Shown piece by piece: positions 32,216 to 45,506 of a stretch of 64,000 nt of DNA. This stretch comes from an uncultured Gemmatimonadales bacterium. GTDB lineage: Bacteria; Gemmatimonadota; Gemmatimonadetes; Gemmatimonadales; GWC2-71-9. Made by a program: the position numbers and the translations under genes. The notes under the pieces were generated by a model. It was not told the origin of the DNA. It saw nothing but the letters and a program-made list of their open reading frames with translations, and ran no database searches. The stretch covers positions 1-64,000 of the forward strand of contig CAWGED010000008.1 of the NCBI GenBank assembly GCA_963821525.1. Direction: 5' to 3'. Numbering within the stretch: the first letter of the stretch is position 1; the number at the start of each line of letters is the position of its first letter.

Positions 32216-34241
32216 CTACGCCGGGTTCTTCGCCGGCGCGCGGCGGAACAGGCGCTCGAGCTCGCGCGCGCGGTCTGCCACGCGGGCGCGCAGCTCGGGC
32301 GGCGCGAGCACGACGGCCTCGCCGCGGAACGAGAGCACCTCGCCGATCAGCCATTCGGGGCTTCCGACCGGCCGCTCGGACAGCGCGGAGCCGTCGTCGA
32401 GCGGCGTCGCGCCCTTCTCGACCTCCCAGCGCGCGACCGCCGGCGAGTACCAGATGCGCGCGGTCGTCGCGTCGTGGAGCTCCGAGCGGTCGAACCCGAT
32501 CCGGGGCGTGAAGCCCTTCCGCAGCTGCTTCGCGTTCTTCATCCGGTCGAGGCGGTAGCTCCGCGGCTGGTCGCGGTCGAGATCCCAGGTGTGGACGTAC
32601 CAGTGCGGCAGCCGGCGCTCGATCGAGTACGGCTCGACCGTCCGCGTGCTCGACCTCGGTCGATTCCGGCTTGAGGTACTCGAGCTCGACGACGCGGTGC
32701 CCGTCGATCGCCCGCGTGAGCGTCGCGACGAGGTCCTCCTCGGCGCCGCCCTGCGGCTCGGGCGTCTGCGTCAGGTCGAACGCGCCGAAGGTCTCCTCGA
32801 GCTTCGCCCGGACGCGGTCGAGCGGCGAGTCGCGTGCCGGCGGCGATCATCGGGCCGACGAACTCGAGCGCGAGGCGGATCGCGCGAGCCTCGAGCGGCG
32901 TCAGGCGCGGCGCACGGCGGAACGTGTCGCCGAAGAGCTCCTTGTCGACGTGCACCTCGTCGCCGCGCAGCTCGGCGTAGACGGCGTAGCAGCCGCCGCC
33001 GAAGTTGACCAGGTTGAGCAGCGACAGGTGCTCCTCGAGCGCCTCGGGCGGGATCGAGAACCCCTCGATCAGGTCGCGCGCCGGGATCACGGCCTCGCGC
33101 TCCTCGCCGCACGCGGTCAGGAGGTAGGCGAGCAGCGACTGGAGGACGCCGAAGCGCTCCGGCGCGACCGGCCCGGACGGTCGCTCGCTCGGTGATCTCG
33201 TGCTCGCGCTCGCGGGCGGGCGCCGCCGGCACCGGCGCGGCGCCGTCGTGCACGTTGCGCGCGTCGCGCGCGCCCTCGACGACGAGCCGGCGCAGCGCCG
33301 ACGGCTCGAGCGGCACCGCACGGCCGTCCTGGCGGAGGATCCAGCGCGCGAGCAGCGGCAGCGAGGCGTACTCGGTGACGAACACGTCGCCCTCGATGCG
33401 GTTCCGGCGGTCCGTCGTACACGCGCTCGAGCCACCAGGCGGTGTCCGGCGCCACCTCGACCCGCGCCTCGCCGGCGACCTTGCCGAACTGCCAGTCGGC
33501 CCGGCCGCGGTACTCCTCGATGTCGAAGTTCTCGGGCATCCGGAAGTCGCGCTCGCGCCGCGACGCGTAGCGGATGTCGGAGCGGATCCGCGAGACGCGG
33601 AAGTTCTTGACGACCTCGTCCTCCTGATCCTCGCCGATCACGTACCAGGTGCCGTTCTCGGGCAGCAGCGCGTACGGGTTGAGCTCCGCTCGCGCTAGGT
33701 CGTCGCGGGCGATCGACCAGTAGCGGAACCGCACCGTGCGCTGCTTCGAGATCGCGCCCTCGAGCTTGCCGAGGCGGCCCTGGAGCTCCGGCGTGTAGTC
33801 GGGATCGCGGACCTCGACCCGGACCGCGGTCGGCGGTCGGCGCGCGTCGAGCGCGCCCGACGAGCGGCCGAGAGCGAGGTTCTGGAGCGCGAGCCGCAGC
33901 GGCTCGGCGTACGCGAAGCGTCCCTCCAGCAGGTAGAGGCAGGTTTGCAGCGCGGCGAGCTCGTCGTCGTCGAGCTCGAGCGGCGGCAGGAAGTAGCGCT
34001 CGGAGCGGAGCGTGTACAGCTCCTCGCCGGTGTACTCGTCGCGCTGCGAGTCGAGCGGCACGCCGAGCCCGACGAGCTCGGCGCGGTCGGAGTAGAAGCG
34101 GCGCGCGAACGCCTCGTCGCTCATCTCCTGGTAGCCCTCGACGTTCGACTTGATGTCGCGCGCCGTCAGCGGCCGGCGCTCCGCCATCAGAAACGCAACA
34201 AGCGAGAGCTGGCGGATCAGCTTGTCGGTGTCGTGGCTCAT
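32216..34241 (-). CDS. Double HTH-WYL-WCX transcriptional regulator (fused PafB-PafC-like)
   Basis: First module FARRFYSDRAELVGLGVP ... NPYALLPENGTWYVIG..KNFRVSRI. Second module LEEHLSLLNLVNFGGGCY ... EPYSIERRLPHWYVHTWD..RSYRLDRM. Confidence 0.85.
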
Positions 34242-34316
34242 CCGGGTCCGAGCTTACAGCCCGGACCCGGATCGGCTCTCGATCAAGCGCGACGCGCCGA
34301 TCGCCCAGGCCGCGCT

Positions 34317-34356
34317 GTCAGGCTGCGACGTTCAGGCTGCGACGTTAGGCTGCGAG
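34317..34356. repeat. Short tandem repeat (~14 bp x3)
   Basis: CAGGCTGCGACGTT CAGGCTGCGACGTT AGGCTGCGAGCTT at the 3' end of the adjacent gene. Confidence 0.8.
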
Positions 34357-34794
34357 CTTGGAACGCTCGAGGTGGTGGTGTGACGGGCAGTAGTCGCGCT
34401 CGGGCAGCGGCGTGCGCTGGCACGGCTTGCCCTTGCGCGTCGTCGCGTGGCAGCGCGCGACGCCGCCCTCGAACGTGCCGGCTTCGATCTGCTCCTCGAT
34501 GAACTCGACCGCGGCGCCGACGCCTCGGTGACCGTCCAGGCGATCTGAGCCTGGACCGTGATCGGGAAGTAGCGGCGGATGTCCTGGAAAAGCGCACGGT
34601 CCGGCTTGGCGAAGTAGTGCGGATCGGAGGCGAGCCGCTCCATCGTCCCCTCGCACGCGGCCAGCACCTCGCGCCGGTATTCGAGGCTGCGTGGGCGCGT
34701 CCGCGTACGGGTCGACGAGGTCCTTGATCGAGCGGTAGATCGCTCGAGAGTACTGGTACATGCAGTGCTGAATTTGCAGCATGCGTTCGTCCAT
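34345..34794 (-). CDS. Conserved hypothetical protein with C-terminal CCCH-type zinc finger
   Basis: MYQYSRAIYRSIKDLVDPY...VLAACEGTMERLASD...CHATTRKGKPCQRTPLPERDYCPSH. Confidence 0.7.
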   Translation of the reverse strand: MDERMLQIQHCMYQYSRAIYRSIKDLVDPYADAPTQPRIPARGAGRVRGDDGAARLRSALLRQAGPCAFPGHPPLLPDHGPGSDRLDGHRGVGAAVEFIEEQIEAGTFEGGVARCHATTRKGKPCQRTPLPERDYCPSHHHLERSKLAA

Positions 34795-35006
34795 TTGGGT
34801 GCTCAAGCTCCTCCCACGTGCCTCGGAAACTCGTGTCAACAACGGCGTTTGGCGCTCCCCGACCCCATCCGCTGCGGGAGAGATTACACCGTCCACAAGT
34901 CTGTTACAAGTGTTTTCTTCCTGGCTAACGGATTGGAGCCGCTTCCGGCCGTTCCGGAGGCGCCCGATTCGGCCGTGTCGTCCGCACGCCGGCCTACGGT
35001 TTCGCC

Positions 35007-35204
35007 ATGGCGATGTGCCAGGTCTGCCGCCGGAACCTGCTCGCGGGCGAACGCTTTCGCCGCTGGCGGTACGCCGGCCGCGACTCGACCGTGTGCGTCG
35101 TCTGCGAGCCGGACGCCCGCAAGTCGGGCTGGGTGCCGCTGGCGGAGCATGACGAGCGCCAGAGCGTGAACGGCCTCAGCGGGACGGTTCGGCGGGTGGC
35201 GTGA
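35007..35204 (+). CDS. Small CxxC...CxxC zinc-ribbon protein
   Basis: MAMCQVCRRNLLAGE...VCVVCEPDA. Confidence 0.6.
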   Translation: MAMCQVCRRNLLAGERFRRWRYAGRDSTVCVVCEPDARKSGWVPLAEHDERQSVNGLSGTVRRVA

Positions 35205-36408
35205 GCCGATCCGCCGCATCCGCACGCCGAGCCGGCGGGCGGCGAGCGGCACCGTCGAGCCCTGCACGACGACCGACGCCAGCACGACGACGAAGACGAT
35301 CTCGTAGAGCTGCGCCGGCGTCGTGGAACGCCGCGCTCGAGCGCCGAGCGAGGCGAGCAGGATCGGGACCGCGCCCTTCAGCCCGCCCCAGACGACGAAC
35401 GCCTCTCGCCGCGGCCGGAGCCGTGACCGGCAGGAGCAGCGGCCCGACGACGAGCGGGCGGATCACGAGCGCGAGCACCGCCGCGAGCACGAGCCCCTCG
35501 ACCCAGCGGTCGCCGCCGAGCGACGTGATCGAGATCGTCAGCCCGAGCGCGACGAAGACGACGATCTCGGCGAGCGACGAGAGCGCATCGTAGAAGATCT
35601 CGGTCTCGCGCCTTGAACGGGGCGCGGACGTCGCCGACGAGCAGGCCGGCGACGAAGACGGCGAGGAAGCCCGAGCCGTGCGCGACCGCGGCGACGCCGT
35701 AGACGAGGCCCGGCGCCGGCGAGCGTGCGCAGCGTGTAGAGCCCGCGGTCGGCAGCGAGAGCCGGCGCATCACCGCGCCGAGCGCGAGCCCGCCGGCGAT
35801 CCCGACCGCGAGCCCGATCGACATCTGGAGCGCGAACTCGCGCACGACGATCCAGAAGCGTCGCGTCCGCATGCGTCGCGAGCTCGATCATCCCGATCAT
35901 CAGCGCGATCCCGACCGGGTCGTTCGCGCCCGACTCGCCGAGCAGGATCGTCCCGGTGCGGCCGCCGATCTCGCGGTCGCCGAGCACCGAGAACATCACC
36001 GCCGGGTCGGTCGGCGCGACCGCGGCGCCGAGCAGGCCGCCGACGATCCAGCGAAGCCCGAGCGCCCAGTGCGCGACGAGCGCGATCCCGCCCGCGGTCG
36101 CGAACGTGCCGAGGAGCCCGAGCGACGACGATCGGCACGCGCGGCGGCGCGGAAGCGGCGCCAGCCGATCGAGAGGCCGCCGTCGAAGAGGATCACGATC
36201 AGCGCGACCGTGGCGACCCGCTCGACGGTCTCGCGTCGAGACGCTCGAGCGACGGGAAGACGTCGGACGCGAAGGCGGCCGGCGACGAGGAACGGTGCGG
36301 CCGACGGGGATCGAGACGCGCTCGCTCAGCTTCGTGCGTCAGGAGCGCGCACGAGAGCGCGCCGGCGACGATCAGGATCGCCGTGCCGAAGGTCGTGACG
36401 TCGTGCAT
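35176..36408 (-). CDS. K+(Na+)/H+ antiporter, CPA1 (NhaP2/CvrA-like)
   Basis: VILFDGGL, APTDPAVMFSVL, GESGANDPVG, HGSGFLAVFVAG, WGGLKGAVPILL. Confidence 0.88.
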
Positions 36409-36511
36409 CGCGGCCGACGCTAACCCGCCCGGCCGGAAGCCGCCGCGGGTGCTGCGAGAATTCCTTACTTTTTTGTCATGCACGGCATACTTCGGACGAC
36501 GATACTCTTCC

Positions 36512-37043
36512 ATGCCGATGCGGCGTATTGCTCCTCATCCTGCTCGTCGTGCCTGCTCGCTCGCGGCTGCCCGCGGCGCTCGCCGGCGGCACGGCGAGCG
36601 GCGAGCGGCTCGCTCGTCGTCTCCAACGCGAACGCGTCGACGATCATCGTGCAGGGAAGCGGCGTGATCTTCGGGCACATCGACTCAGGGCACGCTGACG
36701 ATCGTCGACTACGACGCCCGACGAGACGCAGAACGCCGCAGGTCAGCGGCGCGACGAGGAGGGTCGCGCCGGCAAGCGCGATCCGGCTACTCCGGCAGCG
36801 ACATCCGCTTCCTCTTCCCGAACGGGCGCTACACGCTCGAGCTCGAGGGCGTCGGGATCGACGTCTCCGCCGTCGGCAAGGGCATCGTCAGCGCCACCGG
36901 CGCTCGGCACGAACGACGACGGGACCGTCGCGACGAACGGCGGCAAGGCGCTGCAGGTGGGCTCAGGGCTCCGCGATCGCTCGTGTTCGGCGCGAAGCAA
37001 GGCCGCGAACGCGGCGACGCGCCGGCAGGCAAGGCGCGTCCTA
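36512..37043 (+). CDS. Secreted hypothetical protein
   Basis: Signal-peptide-like start MRRIALIL..; beta-rich mature part; upstream of the two-component system. Confidence 0.5.
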
Positions 37044-37046
37044 GGC

Positions 37047-37770
37047 GTGTCGCGCGGCCGCGCCGACCATCCTGGTCGTCGAGGACGAGAGCTCGATCGC
37101 CTCGTTCGTCGCGCTCGTACCTCAAGAACGCCGGCTACGCGGTCAAGACCGCGGCGACCGGCGGCGACGCGCTCGCGCAGGTCGCGCTCGAGCGAGCCGG
37201 CGCTGATCGTGCTCGACCTGATGCTCCCGGACATCGACGGGATCGAGGTCTGCAAGCGCATCCGCCAGACCTCCGACGTGCCGATCCTGATGCTGACCGC
37301 GCGCGACGAGGACGTGGACAAGATCATCGGCCTCGAGGTCGGCGCCGACGACTACCTGACGAAGCCGTTCAACCCGCGCGAGCTCGTCGCGCGGATCAAG
37401 TCGGTCCTCCGGCGCTCGACGCCCGAGCGGCCGCGAGCGCGAGACCGAGGTGATCCAGCACGGCGACCTGCGCGTCGACGCCGGCCGCCACGAGGTGCAC
37501 GTCGGCGACGAGGAGATCCAGCTCGCGCCGAAGGAGTTCGACCTGCTCTGGGAGCTGCTCGACCACCGCGGGCTCGTGCTGACGCGCGACCAGCTGCTCG
37601 AGCGGGTGTGGGGCTACACGTTCGCCGGCGACACGCGCACGGTCGACGTCCACGTGCGCCAGCTCCGCCGCAAGCTCGGCGACGCGTCGCCGATCGTCAC
37701 CGTCTGGGGCGTGGGCTACAAGGTCTCGCCCGGCGCGAGACGCGCAGAAGGACGCCGCGCCGGCGTCTAG
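37047..37770 (+). CDS. OmpR/PhoB-family response regulator
   Basis: [53 protein letters not shown]. Confidence 0.95.
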
Positions 37771-37781
37771 CGAGGCCGGCC

Positions 37782-39188
37782 GTGTTCTCGTCGCTCCGCG
37801 TCCGGCTGCCGCTGATCTTCCTCGGCGGGATCGTCGTCGCGCGCTCTCGTCACGACCGCGATCGCGGTCCAGCTCTTCCGCTCGTTCGCCCACGACCAGA
37901 CGGTCAGCCGAGCTGCGGCGGGAGGCGAACGGGATCGCGCAGCTCTACTCGAACGCGATCAACGGCGACTTCGACACGTCGGACAGGCGCGACTCGCGCC
38001 GGGCGCCGACGTTCGCCCGCGCGAGCCTCGAGCGCGCGACGGGCGACCGGATCTACTTCGCCGGGCGTGACGCCGTTCCCGGGCGAGAAGTCGGGCCTGC
38101 CGGCCGCTCAACCTCGAAGTCGATCGACTGGACCTCGGGCGGAGCGCTGACGTTCGAGTTCACGCCGCCGGGCCTGCAGCCACACCTACTCGCCGTCGCG
38201 CATCCGGTCAACCTCGGGCAAGACGCCGATCGGCGCGATCATCGTCGCGAAGCAGAAGACCGACGTGCAGCAACAGCGTGCTGGCGCTCGTCGAGCGGCT
38301 CGCGCTCGCGGGCGTCGTTCGGCCTCGCTCGTCGCCGGCGCTGCTCGGCGTGGTACCTCTCGTGGCGCGTCGTCACGCCGGTGCTCGCGCTCTCGCGCGC
38401 CGCCGACCAGGTCGCCGGGCGGCGACTACGACGTCGAGCTGCCGGTCAGCGCGGTCGGCGAGATCGGGCACCTCACCGAGCGGTTCGGCGAGATGGCCGA
38501 GAGGCTCGCCGAGTCCGAGGCGCTCGAGCGCAACTTCCTCATGTCGGTCTCGCACGAGCTGCGCACGCCGCTGACCGCGATCCGCGGCCACGTCTCGGCG
38601 CTGCGCGAGGGCCTGGTCGAGGACCCCGAGCTGCGCGAGCACTCGCTCGAGATCGTCGAGGCGGAGGCGCACCGGCTCGAGCGGCTCGTCGGCGACATCC
38701 TCGACCTCGCGAAGCTCGACGCGCACCGCTTCACGGTCATGCAGCGAGGAGGTCGACATGGAGCAGCTCGTCGAGCCGCGCGTACGAGACGTTCAGCGAC
38801 GAGGCGCGGCGCGCGGTCGATCGACTACCGCGTCGAGGTCGAGCGCGCGGCCGGTGATCGTCTCCGACGGCGACCGCGTGCTCCAGATCGTCGGCAACCT
38901 GCTCTCGAACGCGTTCCGGGCGACGCCCGACGGCGGCGCGGATCCAGCTCGGGCTCGGCCAGCAGAACGGGACGATCAGCGTCGTCGGTCGAGGACACGG
39001 GGCCCGGGATCCCGCCCGAGCAGCGCGAGCGGCTCTTCCGGCCGTTCGTCTCAGGCGACGCGGCGGCACGGGGCTCGGGCTCGCGATCGCGAAGGAGCTC
39101 TCCGGCGCGCTCGGCGGGCGGATCGACCTCGACTCGGAGCGTCGGCCGCGGCTCGCGCTTCGAGCTGCGTGCTGCCCGCGCGGGGTAG
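37782..39188 (+). CDS. HAMP-domain sensor histidine kinase
   Basis: [38 protein letters not shown]. Confidence 0.92.
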
Positions 39189-39216
39189 ACCGGCGTTCCT
39201 GCCGGAGCGCGCCGGG

Positions 39217-39615
39217 CTAACCGGCGTCGGCCGGGCGCAGCTCGACGACCGCGCCGCGCGGCGGCGAGCGGCGCGCTCGATCCGGTCGAGGCGCTCGTTC
39301 AGCGCCGCGCCACTGGCCGGTGATCAGCTCGACGAGGAGCGCGAGGTCGTCGACGCGCGCGTGCCGCTCGGCCAGCAGGTCGGTCTCGAGCCGCTCGAGG
39401 CGGCGGATCGTCTGGTTCGCGAGCCCCTTCACCTCGGCGAGCCGGCGCGAGATCGGCGCCGCCTCCTCGCGCAGGCCGTCGCGGAGCGCGCTCCCGACCG
39501 CGTCGGGGAGGACGACCTGGAGCTCGTCGGCGGTCAGCGCGAGCGCCTCGACCTGCAGCCGCGCGCGCTCGAGCGCGGCGGCGACCTCGGGCGGGAGCGA
39601 GTAGCGATCGTCCAT
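39217..39615 (-). CDS. Coiled-coil hypothetical protein
   Basis: ORF with coding codon bias: ALERARLQVEAL...ERHARVDDLALLVELI. Confidence 0.55.
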   Translation of the reverse strand: MDDRYSLPPEVAAALERARLQVEALALTADELQVVLPDAVGSALRDGLREEAAPISRRLAEVKGLANQTIRRLERLETDLLAERHARVDDLALLVELITGQWRGAERAPRPDRARRSPPRGAVVELRPADAG

Positions 39616-39700
39616 CGACTCGACGGTAACGCGCGCCGGACGGAATCAAGCGTCCGCGCGCTGCGAGCACGTTGCGAGACGCGGCGCGAGAATGGACGGC

Positions 39701-40639
39701 GTGCGCACCGACGAGCTCGACTACGACCTGCCGCCCGAGCTGATCGCCCAGCAGCCGGCCGAGCGGCGCGACGAGTCGCGGCTGCTCGTCTACTCGCGGG
39801 CGACCGGCGAGGTGCGCCACGCGCGCTTCCGCGAGCTGCCGGACGAGCTCCCGCGCGGGACGCTCACGGTCGTGAACGACACGCGCGTCGTGCCGGCGCG
39901 GATCCCGATCGAGCGGCCGCGCGGCGAGGTGCTGCTGCTCGAGCGGCTCGGGGGCGACGAGTGGGAGGGGCTCGCGCGGCCGACGCGCCGCCTGCGCGCG
40001 GGCGGGCGCTACGGGCCGGTCGAGCTCGCTCGAGCACCTCGGCGAGGGCCGCTGGCGGCTGCGGCTCACGGGCGAGCCGGCCGGCGAGGCGCCGCTGCCG
40101 CCGTACATCACCGAGCCGCTCGCCGACCCGGAGCGGTACCAGACGGTGTACGCGCGCGGTCGAGGGCTCGGCCGCCGCGCCGACGGCGGGCCTGCACTTC
40201 ACGCCGGAGGTGCTCGCGCGGCTCGACGTCGAGCGCGTCACCCTCCACGTCGGCCTCGACACGTTCCGGCCGATCGCGGCGGACGACGGTGGAGGAGCAC
40301 GAGATCCACGGCGAGCGCTACGAGGTGCGCGCCGGACGCGTGGGAGCGGATCCGCGGCGCCGAGCGCGTGCTCGCGGTCGGCACGACGACGGTGCGCGTG
40401 CTCGAGACGCTGGCGCGCGGGCGCTCCGCTCGCCGGCCGCACCGAGCTCTTCGTCACGCCGGGCTTCGAGTTCCGCCGCGTCGACCGCCTGCTGACGAAC
40501 TTCCACCTGCCGCGGTCGACGCTGCTCGCGCTCGTGATGGCCTTCGCGGGCGTGGAGGAGACCCGCCGCCTCTACCGCCTCGCCGATCGAGGAGCGGTAC
40601 CGCTTCTACTCCTTCGGCGACGCGATGCTGATCCTGTGA
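39701..40639 (+). CDS. queA: S-adenosylmethionine:tRNA ribosyltransferase-isomerase
   Basis: DYDLPPELIAQ, NDTRVVPAR, PLPPYI, YQTVYA, AAPTAGLHF, TNFHLPRSTL, YRFYSFGDAM. Confidence 0.95.
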
Positions 40640-40802
40640 GCCATGCCTGCCGGGACAATGGCGGAGTCTGACCCCTGGCTGTCCGAACGGACATGCGACC
40701 GGACATGGCCGAAGCGATCCGGCGATCGCGGCTCGCAGCCTCGACCTCCGAGACATGTCGCATTCGGCGTCACGCTCGCAGGTGCATGCCCCGGGCATGG
40801 CC
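40640..40802. repeat. Palindromic REP/MITE-like intergenic element
   Basis: Outer CCATGCC...GGCATGG and inner ATGCGAC / GTCGCAT inverted repeats; GTCTGACCCC core. Confidence 0.4.
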
Positions 40803-40831
40803 GAAAGCGACGATGGGCTAGGCTCGCGCCG

Positions 40832-42229
<1,398 letters not shown>

Positions 42230-42273
42230 AACGCCGAGACTCCGACCGGAGTCCCGGCTAACCTGCTTCTGGC

Positions 42274-45083
42274 TTGGCCTCCCGCCGCTCTCATCTGATC
42301 CTCCTCGGCCTCGCTGCTCGCGGCGCTCGCCGGCGTCGTCCTGCTCGCTGTCCCGGGCTCGCCGATCCACAAGCAGCTGCGCAAGGGCCTCGACCTGCAG
42401 GGCGGCCTCGAGGTCGTGCTCGCAGGCGCAGCCGCCGAAGGGCCACACGCTCACGGCCGACGACATCAACCGCTCGGTCGAGATCATGCGCGAACCGCGT
42501 CGACAAGCTCGGCGTCTCCGAGCCCGAGATCCGCAAGCAGGGCGCGAACCAGATCGTGATCCAGCTCGCCGGCGGTGCACGACCCGAACCAGGCGCGCGC
42601 AGATCATCGGCAAGACCGCCGCAGCTCGAGCTCTACGACCTGACGCCGTCGCTGCTTCCGCCTCCATCGACGCGTCGCAGAACCCGGTCGCCTTCACGGG
42701 CCTGTACGAGCTCCTGTCAGCGCGTGCAGACGGGTCAGAAGGGCCCGCCGAGCGCGTACTACCTCTTCAACCCGAAGGACGAAGAGGGTCATCAGCCGGG
42801 CCCGTCGACAACCGCGCCGAGCTGCCTGAAGCGGCAATCGCGGCAAGGTGCCGAAGGGCATGGAGGTGCTCGACCGTCCCGAGCAGGGCGGTCGTCATCA
42901 CCTGCGACGCGCAGATCGCGGTCGTCTGCCCGGGCCTGACGGCGGCGTCCAGCCGACGCCCGGCGTGACCTACTACTACCTCTTCAAGCACGGCAGTCTA
43001 CGCGAGCGACGCGGCGAGCCCGTACCCGCAGATGACGGGCAACGAGCTGAAGCTGAGCGGGACGCGGCAGGACTTCGACCCGCAGAGCGGCCAGCCGATC
43101 GTGACGATGCAGTTCACGGGCACGGGCAACAAGGTCTTCCACGAGATCACGCGGCGCCGAGGCGGTGCGCGGCGCGACGCTCGGGCTCGACCAGAGCTTC
43201 GCGATCGTGCTCGACAACCAGCTCTGCTCGTACCCGTCGATCGACTACAAGCAGTACCCGAGCGGGATCGACCCGACCGCAACGGCGGCGCGCAGATCAC
43301 CGGGCATCGCCTCGGCCGGCGGAGGCGAAGAACCTCGCGCTCGTGCTCCAGACCGGCGCCCTGCCGGTCAAGTTCGACACGGTCGCGCGCACGCGACGTC
43401 TCCGCGACGCTCGGCAAGGACTCGCTGAAGCAGGCGCGGAACGCGGCGATCGGCGGCCTGATCGCGGTCGTGCTCTTCCTGCTCATCCTGTACCGCTTCC
43501 TCGGCCTCGTCGCGGTGCTCGGGCTCGCGCATCTACGCGCGCCTTCATGTACGCGGCGATCCTGATCTTCGGCGTCACGCTGACGCTGCCGGGCTTCGCC
43601 GGCCTGATCCTGACGATCGGCGTCGCGGCCGACGCGAACGTCGTCATCTTCGAACGCATCAAGGAAGAGGTGCGCGTCCGGGAAGAGCGTGCGCGCCGCG
43701 ATCGCGGCCGGCTACGCGAAGGGCTTCCACACGATCGTCGACGCGAACGTCGTCGACGTGCATCACCGCGCTCGTCCTGTTCGGGTTCGCGACCGCAGGG
43801 GTGAAGGGCTTCGCGCTCATGCTGCTGATCGGCACGGTGATCTCGCTGATCACGGCGGTCGCCGCGACGCGCGCGATGCTCGGCCTGCTCGGCCGGGTTC
43901 GCGCTGGTTCAACGAACCCGCGGTTCATGGGCGCGACGGCGACCGAGATCCCGACGCTGGCAGCGGATCGACGTCACCGGCCGGCGGCGGCTCTGGTTCA
44001 TCATCTCGATGGTCGCGATCGTCGGTCAGCATCGTGCGCGCTCGATCGTCCAGGGCCTGAACCTCGGCATCGACTTCAAGGGCGGCGTCCAGATCGACGC
44101 TTCACGACGCCGACCCCGACGTCGCTCGTCGACGGTCCGGAACCGAGATGACGGAGAAGGGCGCGGTCGTCCAGGGCGCGGCAAGTCGACCGGCGGCGAG
44201 TCGTACAAGAGCTTCCAGATCCGCCTGAAGAAGCTGTCCGCGGCCGACCAGGCGAGGCTGACGAACCGTCTCAGCGACAAGGTCAATGCGGAAGTCCAGG
44301 GCGTCAAGAACGTCTCGGCGAGCTTCAGCCGCCAGATCCTCAAGGGCGCGATCTGGGCGATCTTCGGCTCGTTCCTCCTGATCGCGCTGTACGTGTCCTT
44401 CCGCTACCAGTGGCGGTTCGCCATCCCGATCCTGCGGACGCTGATCAACGACATCCCGATCACGCTCGGCGTCTACGCGATCTCGGGCCGCGAGGTGACG
44501 GCGTCGACCGTCGCCGCCCTGCTCACCATCCTCGGGTACTCGGTCTACGACACGATCATCGTCTTCGACCGGGTGCGCGAGAACATCAGGCTGATGCCGC
44601 GCGCCAGCATCGCGACGATCGCGAACGTGTCGGTGTGGGAGGTGCTGCGCCGGTCGATCGTGACGTCGGTGATCACGCTGCATCCCGATCGTGGCGCTGT
44701 TCATCTTCGGCGGCGCGACGCTGAAGGACTTCGCGTTCGCGATCATGGTCGGGATCAGCGTCGGCGCCGTCTCGACGATCTTCATCGCGACGCCGCTGCT
44801 CACGGGGCTGCTCGAGCGCGACCCGCAGTACGCGGCCCGCAAGGACGTGCCGATGGACGACGAGGTCCGCAGGCGCGTGCTCCGCGACGCCGAGGTCGCC
44901 GCCTCCGCGGAGCCCGTTCCGGCGACGCCGATCGACGAGCTCGAGCACGTGATCGAGGGCTCGGTCGAGGGCGGCGACGGGGACGTCGACGTGGACGGCG
45001 AGGACGAGCTGGCCGCGTCGCAGGACGCGAAGCGCGAGCGCCGGCGGCAGCGGCGCCGTGCGAGGCCGCATGGACGGCGCTGA
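42274..45083 (+). CDS. secDF: Protein translocase SecDF (apparently fused)
   Basis: Sec[53 protein letters not shown]. Sec[31 protein letters not shown]. No stop or RBS seen between the two. Confidence 0.88.
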
Positions 45084-45387
45084 CGGCGCGTCCGAGCGCG
45101 ACCCGGTCCTCGAGCGTCTCCTCTCCCTGATCGGCCCCCGCGTGGACGACGCCCGCTCGCTCGTCGAGGAGGCCGCCTCGCGCTGGCGGGGCGACGCGCT
45201 TCGCGTCAGCGAGGGCACGCGGCACCGGCTCCGCGACCTCTTCCACGAGCTCGGCCTCGTCACGCGCGAGGACTGGGACGAGCTCGAGCTCCGAGTGGCG
45301 CAGCTCGAGCACCGGCTGCGCCTGCTCGAGGACCGCGCGGACGCCGCGCCCGGGCCGCCCGAGTGGCCCTCGCGAACCCAGGGATAG
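45070..45387 (+). CDS. Small phasin/UbiK-like coiled-coil protein
   Basis: ELGLVTREDWDELELRVAQLEHRL motif. Confidence 0.55.
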   Translation: MDGADGASERDPVLERLLSLIGPRVDDARSLVEEAASRWRGDALRVSEGTRHRLRDLFHELGLVTREDWDELELRVAQLEHRLRLLEDRADAAPGPPEWPSRTQG

Positions 45388-45450
45388 AGCCGCTTCCGGG
45401 CCCCGTGCTACCGTAAGCGGCACGGAGGGCAATCCGGCCTTCCAGTGGGG

Positions 45451-45498
45451 TCGCGTTTCCTTCGTCGGTAACGGGATCTCGGCCGACAGAAGGAGCGA
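45451..45498 (+). promoter_or_regulatory. RBS-sequestering 5'-UTR hairpin of the DEAD-box helicase gene
   Basis: TCGC..TCCTTC-GTCGG pairs with CCGAC-A-GAAGGA-GCGA, covering the SD 8 nt before the ATG at 45507. Confidence 0.55.
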
Positions 45499-45506
45499 AC
45501 CACAAC

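Noticed and set aside
32216..34241. WYL protein as the marker of an anti-phage defence island
   Set aside because: The neighbours are housekeeping genes and the architecture is PafBC-like; no defence effectors are seen
36409..36460. Possible ion-sensing riboswitch upstream of the CPA1 antiporter
   Set aside because: Only a generic GC hairpin (ACCCGC..GCGGGT); I could not recognise the conserved motifs of known Na+/Li+ or c-di-AMP riboswitches
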